A stretch of 40,000 bases of DNA from an uncultured Clostridia bacterium. GTDB taxonomy: Bacteria > Bacillota > Clostridia > Oscillospirales > Ruminococcaceae. A program made the translations under genes and the position numbers. Under the pieces are notes generated by a model. It was not told the origin of the DNA, made no database searches, and saw only the letters and a program-made list of their open reading frames with translations. The stretch is taken from positions 13,303 to 53,302 of the forward strand of contig CANQCL010000009.1 in the NCBI GenBank assembly GCA_947589215.1, written 5' to 3'. Of the stretch, positions 34,064 to 40,000 are shown piece after piece. Within the stretch, counting starts at the first letter, position 1. Each line of letters starts with the position of its first letter.

Positions 34064-35268
34064 TATTCTTCAATTCCTTTCAGCATTTCAATAAACTGCC
34101 TTGCTATTCTCGGAGAGCGTCCTCCACGCTCAAGAGCAAATATCTCAGCTCTCTTCTTTAAATCATCGGCAGACATATCTAGCTCATATTGCTTTGCCAA
34201 ATCTACAACAACGCTGAGATACAGATTTTTGTCCGGCTTTTCAAATACGACCCTGATCCCAAACCTGTCTGACAAAGACAAAAGCTCCTGCATAGTATCG
34301 TTAAAATGAATGTCGTCCCCCTCACGGGTCGAGAAAGATTCCTTGATAAGATGACGGCGGTTTGATGTAGCATAAATTACTAAGTTATCCGCAGCAGACG
34401 AAACACTTCCCTCTAAAATAGCTTTAAGAGCTGCAAAGTCGTCGTCATTCTCGGTAAATGATAAATCGTCTATAAACAGAATAAATTTCAGCGGATTCCT
34501 GCTGACGGTTTCAACGATAAGCGGAATCTCATGAAGCTGTTTCTTTTTCAGTTCAATAAGCCTCAAGCCTCTGTCCTTGAATTCGTTTGCTATAGCTTTA
34601 ACAGTCGAAGATTTACCTGTACCGCAGTCGCCGTACAAAAGAACATTATTAGCAGGCTTGCCGTTAAGAAGCGCAAGGGTGTTGTCGATAACCGTCTGCC
34701 TTTGAGCCTCATAACCCGAAAACTGCGACAGCCTTGTATTGTCAGGAAAGCTGACAGGTTGAATTTTCCCTTTCTTAATAACGAATATGTGATTTTTTGC
34801 ATAGATTCCGTAACCGTACTTGTTTATCTCACAAATTCTTTCTTCATATATCTTTGAAAAATCTATATCCTCAGTTTTCCATTTAGCAAGACCGCTGTAA
34901 CCTATGGCTCTCTCCACATCACCGCAGCTTATCTTTGCAAGATTTTCAAGTATAATAAGCTCACTTGCCAATCGCTCCTCTAAAAGAGGGCTTATTGGCT
35001 CTCCTGCACCCTTTTTAAGCATATAGATGTTTTCATCTTCCAAAACGATATCCAAAATAAATCTTGTAAGATTATCGCTGTGATCATAAAGCTCGCTTAC
35101 GAATTCAGAATATTCATTAATTAAACATTTCATATCGGCTGTTTTATCGCTTATATCGCTAAGAAGCTTTAAAAGTTTTTCTACCGTTTTATGTTTTACA
35201 ACGTTTCTGAAAACTGCAAGAGACGCACTTTCTTTTATAATTTTATTGAAATCCGTCATTTTACTCAC
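34063..35268 (-). CDS. DUF815-type AAA ATPase
   Basis: 401 aa. Walker A LLYGDCGTGKSST, Walker B ILFIDDLSF, and a C-terminal ...RGGRSPRIARQF tail typical of DUF815 as I recall it. Confidence 0.75.
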   Translation of the reverse strand: MSKMTDFNKIIKESASLAVFRNVVKHKTVEKLLKLLSDISDKTADMKCLINEYSEFVSELYDHSDNLTRFILDIVLEDENIYMLKKGAGEPISPLLEERLASELIILENLAKISCGDVERAIGYSGLAKWKTEDIDFSKIYEERICEINKYGYGIYAKNHIFVIKKGKIQPVSFPDNTRLSQFSGYEAQRQTVIDNTLALLNGKPANNVLLYGDCGTGKSSTVKAIANEFKDRGLRLIELKKKQLHEIPLIVETVSRNPLKFILFIDDLSFTENDDDFAALKAILEGSVSSAADNLVIYATSNRRHLIKESFSTREGDDIHFNDTMQELLSLSDRFGIRVVFEKPDKNLYLSVVVDLAKQYELDMSADDLKKRAEIFALERGGRSPRIARQFIEMLKGIEE

Positions 35269-35388
35269 CGTAATATATAAACATATTTACTAAATTCTTC
35301 GCTGATAACATTTTATATTAGCGAAAAATAAGCCTTAATGTCTTATTCTGATAATAATATTATACCACCTATGTCAAGCACGGTGAAC

Positions 35389-35420
35389 AAAAAACTGTCC
35401 TGTAAATTTATACAAGACAG
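35389..35420 (-). terminator. intrinsic terminator of the aspartate kinase gene
   Basis: On the minus strand: GACTGTCTTGT-loop-ACAGGACAGT followed by TTTTTT. Confidence 0.7.
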
Positions 35421-35428
35421 TCTGTTAT

Positions 35429-36748
35429 TTATAACCTCTGCATCACAAAAATATCATAAATAGCATTAATAGCCGTTTTGAAATCCGCTTCTTCTACCCC
35501 AATGATTATATTAAGCTCGCTTGAGCCTTGATCTATCATCTTTACATTGACATTGCTGTGTGCCAAAGACGCGAATATCCTGCCGGCAGTTCCTCTGTTT
35601 GATCTCATTCCCCTGCCGACAACTGCAACAAGAGCAAGGTCGGTTTCAATTTCTATAGAATCAGGCTGAACATTTCTGTGAAGTCCTGCTAATATCTCCT
35701 GCTCCTTTTCTGCAAACTCGTCAAGATGAACAATAACGCTCATAGTATCAATGCCCGATGGCATATGCTCAAAGGAAATTCCGTTCTTTTCAAAAACCTC
35801 TAAAACACGCCGTCCGAAACCAAGCTCGGAATTCATCATATCCTTTTCGATATTAACAACAGCAAAGCCTTTCTTTCCCGCAACGCCGGTAATTGTGTAT
35901 TCCGGCTTCTGCGAGGTAGACTCAACAATCATCGTACCTGTGTCGTCGGGCTTATTTGTGTTCTTGATATTAATAGGAATACCTGCTTTTCTTACAGGGA
36001 AAATCGCTTCATCGTGCAGAACTGTTGCGCCCATATACGAAAGCTCACGAAGCTCCTTATATGTAATTGTAGTAATAGGCATAGGATTGTCAATAATTCT
36101 CGGGTCGGCAATCAAAAATCCCGAAACGTCGGTCCAGTTTTCGTAAACATCAGCGGTCACAACAGAAGCTACAATAGAACCCGTTATATCAGAACCGCCC
36201 CTTGAAAAAGTCTTTATAGTATCATTAGGCATAGAACCGTAAAAACCCGGAATAACAGCATACTCCACTCCTTCAAGACGCTCTCTCATAACAAATGCCG
36301 TTTTGCTGCTGTCATAAGCTCCCTTATCGTCGAAGAAAACAACATCGGCAGCGTCGATAAATTCAAAACCGAGATACTTTGCAAGCAGTATTCCGTTTAA
36401 ATACTCTCCTCTTGATGCCGCATAATCCCTGCCTGCCTTTTGCGTAAAGCAAGCCTTTATAGTATTAAATTCTTCTTCTAAAGAAATGTCAAGAGACAGT
36501 TCCTCGATTATTCCGTTATATCTTGACTTTATATCCTCAAACTCTTTTTCAAAATCCTGACCTCTTGCCGCCTTTGCATAACAGGAATAAAGCATATCTG
36601 TGATTTTCGTATCACCGTCAAATCTTTTTCCAGGCGCTGACGGAATAACATATTTTCTTGAACTGTCTCTTTTTATAATATCGGCTACCTTCTTGAACTG
36701 TTTGGCGTCCGCAAGCGAGCTTCCGCCGAACTTTACTACCTTAATCAT
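35429..36748 (-). CDS. aspartate kinase
   Basis: 439 aa. N-terminal MIKVVKFGGSSLA, and a C-terminal ACT-domain region (LALVAVVGRGM...NVKMIDQGSSE). Confidence 0.9.
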   Translation of the reverse strand: MIKVVKFGGSSLADAKQFKKVADIIKRDSSRKYVIPSAPGKRFDGDTKITDMLYSCYAKAARGQDFEKEFEDIKSRYNGIIEELSLDISLEEEFNTIKACFTQKAGRDYAASRGEYLNGILLAKYLGFEFIDAADVVFFDDKGAYDSSKTAFVMRERLEGVEYAVIPGFYGSMPNDTIKTFSRGGSDITGSIVASVVTADVYENWTDVSGFLIADPRIIDNPMPITTITYKELRELSYMGATVLHDEAIFPVRKAGIPINIKNTNKPDDTGTMIVESTSQKPEYTITGVAGKKGFAVVNIEKDMMNSELGFGRRVLEVFEKNGISFEHMPSGIDTMSVIVHLDEFAEKEQEILAGLHRNVQPDSIEIETDLALVAVVGRGMRSNRGTAGRIFASLAHSNVNVKMIDQGSSELNIIIGVEEADFKTAINAIYDIFVMQRL

Positions 36749-36800
36749 TATTTATCTACGCCTATAATGGCGTCCTCCTCTCAATACTCGCATTGTTACT

Positions 36801-36829
36801 ATTATATTAGTATTATAAAAATCCGTCAA
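36801..36829 (-). promoter_or_regulatory. sigma-A promoter of the aspartate kinase gene
   Basis: On the minus strand: TTGACG, 17 nt, TATAAT. Confidence 0.6.
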
Positions 36830-36907
36830 CTGACATTTAATACAAATAATTTATAACATTTCTTAGTTTTTTGTTGAAATACAACTGTATTTGTACTGCA
36901 AACACTT

Positions 36908-38116
36908 TTATCTTGACAAGAAAATACTCAGTATATTATGACCTTTCTCTATAAAAACGCCTGTTTCTTTACAGGTTTGCTCTGTTAACTCATCTTTGCC
37001 CTCAATCTCGCCCTTTTTGTGATACATCAGAAATGGAATAGGGTCGTTTGTGTGGGTTCTAAGTTCAAGCGGAGTTGCGTGGTCAGGCATAATAAGAACC
37101 TTGTAGTCGTCATATTCTTCTAAGGCATTTAAAACAGGTCCGAGAATCTTCTCATCGATCAGTTCAAGTGACCTTTTCTTGTTCTCTATCTCATGCCTGT
37201 GACCGCACTCGTCCGGCGCTTCAACGTGAATATACACAAAGTCCTGACCGTTTTTAAATTCCCGAATAGCGGCACTGGCTTTTCCCTCAAAGTTGGTGTC
37301 AATATATCCTGTTGCGCCCTCAACATTTACAACATTCATACCGCTGAACTTTCCTATTCCCTTTAAAAGGTCAACAGCGGAAATTATCGAGCCTTTAAGT
37401 CCGTATTTCTCCTCAAACGGCATAAGAGCCTTTCTTGTGCCCTCTCCCCAGAACCACATAGAGTTCGCAGGTCTTAATCCTCTTGCCTCTCTTGCTTTGT
37501 TTACAGGGTGGTCTTTCAGTACATCATAGCTTTCAACCATCATATCGTAAAGCTTTTTAGCATTTGGATGCGACGGTATGTAATCCTTTATCGGCTTTCC
37601 TGTTATATCGTGCGGCGGAGTAAGCGTTCCGACATCCGTTGTGCCATTATTCCAAATCAAACAGTGACGGTAAGAAACTCCCGAATAAAGCTGAAACTCA
37701 TCATTATTAAAATGTTCAGACAAGGTTTTTACTATTTCTCTTGCCTCAGCGGTTGAAATATCATCGGCACAATAATCGAGAATAGTTTTGTCGGCATAAT
37801 CAGTCTCATCAGACAGTGTTACAAGATTACATCTGAAAGAAACGTCAGTAGGTTTCATATCAATACCTATTGAGCCTGCCTCAAGCGGAGAACGTCCCGA
37901 ATAATAGATTTGAGGGTCGTAGCCCAATACCGCAAGATTTGCAACGTCGCTTCCCGGCTTCATATTATCCGCAACCGTTTTTACAAGACCCATATAGCTT
38001 TTCTTAGCCAGTTTATCCATATTAGGAGTAACTGACGCTCCCATAGGAGTCTTATCCCCCAGCTCCTTTACAGGATAGTCTGCCATTCCGTCGCATAAAA
38101 GTACAAGTGTTTTCAT
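36908..38116 (-). CDS. apgM: cofactor-independent phosphoglycerate mutase family protein, archaeal ApgM type
   Basis: 402 aa. N-terminal MKTLVLLCDGMADYP, metal-site motifs HVEAPDECGH and MPDHATP. Confidence 0.85.
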   Translation of the reverse strand: MKTLVLLCDGMADYPVKELGDKTPMGASVTPNMDKLAKKSYMGLVKTVADNMKPGSDVANLAVLGYDPQIYYSGRSPLEAGSIGIDMKPTDVSFRCNLVTLSDETDYADKTILDYCADDISTAEAREIVKTLSEHFNNDEFQLYSGVSYRHCLIWNNGTTDVGTLTPPHDITGKPIKDYIPSHPNAKKLYDMMVESYDVLKDHPVNKAREARGLRPANSMWFWGEGTRKALMPFEEKYGLKGSIISAVDLLKGIGKFSGMNVVNVEGATGYIDTNFEGKASAAIREFKNGQDFVYIHVEAPDECGHRHEIENKKRSLELIDEKILGPVLNALEEYDDYKVLIMPDHATPLELRTHTNDPIPFLMYHKKGEIEGKDELTEQTCKETGVFIEKGHNILSIFLSR

Positions 38117-38202
38117 TTATATAATTCCTTTCATTAAATGATTTTAATGTATAGTATTTAAAATAGCTTTACTTTCAATATATGATTAAAAATTTTTTAG
38201 GT

Positions 38203-39399
38203 TTAAGCTTCTTCAATCACCCAAAGCTGACTGTCATCAAGCGGATTGAAATCCTTTTGAAAAACTCTGTATTTTATAAGTCTTTTTGAATTAGTAACCA
38301 GCTTTGAAAAGCGAGAATACTCAGTTGAAATTTTATAAAATCCGTCTGTTTCGGTCAGCCTGTATCCGTTGTTCTTTATCGCCTTTCCGCACTTAAACCC
38401 AAACATACCGTCACAGAGAAGATTGCCCTCTTTATTGACTATTCTTACGCTACCGTCAAGATTAAGTCTTATATTAAAGGTCTGATTTAGATTACTATTA
38501 AGCTTTGAAAGCCCTGCCCTGCCGTTTTCATATATTGTCAGATAGGAGCCGTCGCAAGCTGATTTTATCTTCATATTTTTTTTGACTTTCAGTGCTTTTT
38601 CCGTATTTTCCGAAAGTCTTTCATAATAAGCGTTCATAAATGCCGCAACGTGCTGTTCGGTCAAGGGCAGCATATTCATAAGCGCATTTTCAAATGTTGT
38701 ATCCTGTACTGACTTTACATCTGCATAGTATTTTGCGGATTCCAAAGACAGGATATTTAACATTTCGCCAATACTTTTATATAAATAAGCATCATACAAG
38801 ATATCGTTTCCTTTTAATGTATGAAATCTATCCATATTTGCAAGGGCATATTTCTCATAGCAATGATGCGGATTATTTTTAAACGGCAGAGATATAAGAT
38901 TCGTCGTATGAACAGTACAGCCAATATCAGAAATAAAATGAATACATCTTCCCAAAGAATCAAGAGCCATATCAGTCATATTATTAGCAAACTGGATAAG
39001 ACTCATTGTATAATTTTCCTCCAGCATTGTTCTTGCAGAAGGGGCATACTGCCCCAACCTATTAACGTAAAACCCGTTATACGTCGGCTGAATAGCACTT
39101 CCATTCTTGTCGCATGAAGAATAGTAGTGCATTCCGCTGCCTTTATTTCTGTCTCCCTTAAAATCAGGAACTATAACGCCGTATGATATACGGTCTTTAT
39201 GCTCTTCAAAAAACTTATACGCATCTATTTTACCATCGTTTTTCAAAATCTCAAGAGCAGATTCAAATATAGACGTATGAGTATCCGAAAACCAAGCGTA
39301 CGCTTTCTTTTTATTAAACATCACTGCTCCAGCTGTGCATATCCCCAAAGAAACAAGAAACTTCTTATTTGTTTTCATTGAATTCATAACCTTTCTCAA
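38203..39399 (-). CDS. secreted zinc-dependent phospholipase C-like protein with a C-terminal beta-trefoil (ricin-B-like) region
   Basis: A signal peptide ending KKKAYA is followed by W. The mature N-terminus WFSDTHTSIFESAL, then PDF, MHYY, HFISDIGCTVHT and HHCYEKY follow the W1/H/D/H/HxxxDxxxxxH/HxxxE zinc-ligand order of clostridial/Bacillus PLC. The C-terminus ends in a QLW motif. Confidence 0.7.
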   Translation of the reverse strand: MRKVMNSMKTNKKFLVSLGICTAGAVMFNKKKAYAWFSDTHTSIFESALEILKNDGKIDAYKFFEEHKDRISYGVIVPDFKGDRNKGSGMHYYSSCDKNGSAIQPTYNGFYVNRLGQYAPSARTMLEENYTMSLIQFANNMTDMALDSLGRCIHFISDIGCTVHTTNLISLPFKNNPHHCYEKYALANMDRFHTLKGNDILYDAYLYKSIGEMLNILSLESAKYYADVKSVQDTTFENALMNMLPLTEQHVAAFMNAYYERLSENTEKALKVKKNMKIKSACDGSYLTIYENGRAGLSKLNSNLNQTFNIRLNLDGSVRIVNKEGNLLCDGMFGFKCGKAIKNNGYRLTETDGFYKISTEYSRFSKLVTNSKRLIKYRVFQKDFNPLDDSQLWVIEEA

Positions 39400-39411
39400 G
39401 CAAACGGCAAC

Positions 39412-39783
39412 TCACTGCTGTGAAGTCATCTTATCTAAATCAGAATAAGTTTTAGTACACTTGCCTGTACCCGTAACTTTACCATTTTCATCATATTCAA
39501 TATCTATAACCGTCTCGCCTACAGATTTATTATACATCTCAGCGGCTTCCTCAAAGCTAATGCCGCCGTCTTTGTTCTTAACTGCATTTTTAGCTCCAAG
39601 AACAGAAGCAATACCTACCGCCGTTGAAACTCCGGTAAAATTTCTGACAAACCTAACAAATATATTCTTATGCTTTCCGTCTTTTTTCCTGCCTTTAAAA
39701 ATCAGGCTCATAACAAAAGAGACCAAAGCAATACTGCCTGCCTTTTCAGTATCATAATTGCAAAACGCACTAAACCTTCTCAT
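39412..39783 (-). CDS. hypothetical small protein (123 aa), probably membrane-associated
   Basis: AAAGGAG SD. Two weakly hydrophobic segments. The stop lies 12 nt before the PLC-like gene start. I recognise no family. Confidence 0.55.
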   Translation of the reverse strand: MRRFSAFCNYDTEKAGSIALVSFVMSLIFKGRKKDGKHKNIFVRFVRNFTGVSTAVGIASVLGAKNAVKNKDGGISFEEAAEMYNKSVGETVIDIEYDENGKVTGTGKCTKTYSDLDKMTSQQ

Positions 39784-39829
39784 AGGTGTTCTCCTTTTCA
39801 GACTAACACGATCGTGAAAAACTACGTTA

Positions 39830-39858
39830 ATTATATACTAATATGTGATATTTTTCAA
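39830..39858 (-). promoter_or_regulatory. sigma-A promoter of the 39783..38203 two-gene unit
   Basis: On the minus strand: TTGAAA, 17 nt, TATAAT. Confidence 0.55.
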
Positions 39859-39907
39859 GTAAATATTATTTTCATACACTACAGGTTAAAAAATTATTTA
39901 CACAAAT

Positions 39908-39940
39908 AAAAAACCACAGACAAAAACAAATCTGCGGTTT
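39908..39940 (-). terminator. intrinsic terminator of a minus-strand gene lying beyond the window end
   Basis: On the minus strand: AACCGCAGA-loop-TCTGTGGTT (one mismatch) followed by TTTTTTAT. Confidence 0.55.
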
Positions 39941-40000
39941 AGCACAAATATTTAATTTATATTACAAATTCTCTTATAATAACAAAATATCCGCATTTAC

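Noticed and set aside
1-40000. CRISPR arrays, tRNA/rRNA genes, transposases, integrases and prophage blocks
   Set aside because: I saw no evenly spaced direct-repeat array, no cloverleaf-compatible or rRNA-like conserved segments, and no ORF with DDE, serine/tyrosine recombinase or phage structural motifs. The only repeats are the coding repeats at 11681..12566 and the short palindromic hairpins already listed.

Overview
AT-rich chromosomal window from a spore-forming Firmicute, probably Clostridia (spoIIID is present and LexA operators are of the GAAC-N4-GTTC/GTTT type). Most genes are core metabolism or housekeeping. On the minus strand: ilvD (partial), aroK, aroE, dCMP deaminase, glcK. Then leuC-leuD-ybjQ-leuB, queH, spoIIID, a yaaO-like decarboxylase with holB and ricT(yaaT), gatC-gatA-gatB, a PrsA-like foldase, an SOS-controlled Y-family polymerase, aspartate kinase and an apgM-type mutase. 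Accessory pockets sit between these blocks. They include a SLOG/XRE/RHH trio, two secreted proteins (a YD-like repeat protein and a GH59-like hydrolase) that share a lysine-rich Fn3-like C-terminal module, a DUF896-WYL-Sir2-RuvX operon, a MazF toxin with no antitoxin gene, a DUF815-GNAT pair, and a secreted zinc phospholipase-C-like protein. The strongest candidate for something new is ORF 27397..30285. It joins a full GatB to a full archaeal-type AspRS through a low-complexity linker, which would make a covalent Asn-transamidosome. That operon is preceded by a strong promoter and a roughly 230-nt GC-rich, multi-hairpin leader that is not a recognisable T-box. No rRNA, tRNA, CRISPR array, transposase or integrase was seen. 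All calls come from reading motifs in the translations and sequence by eye; no database search was run.
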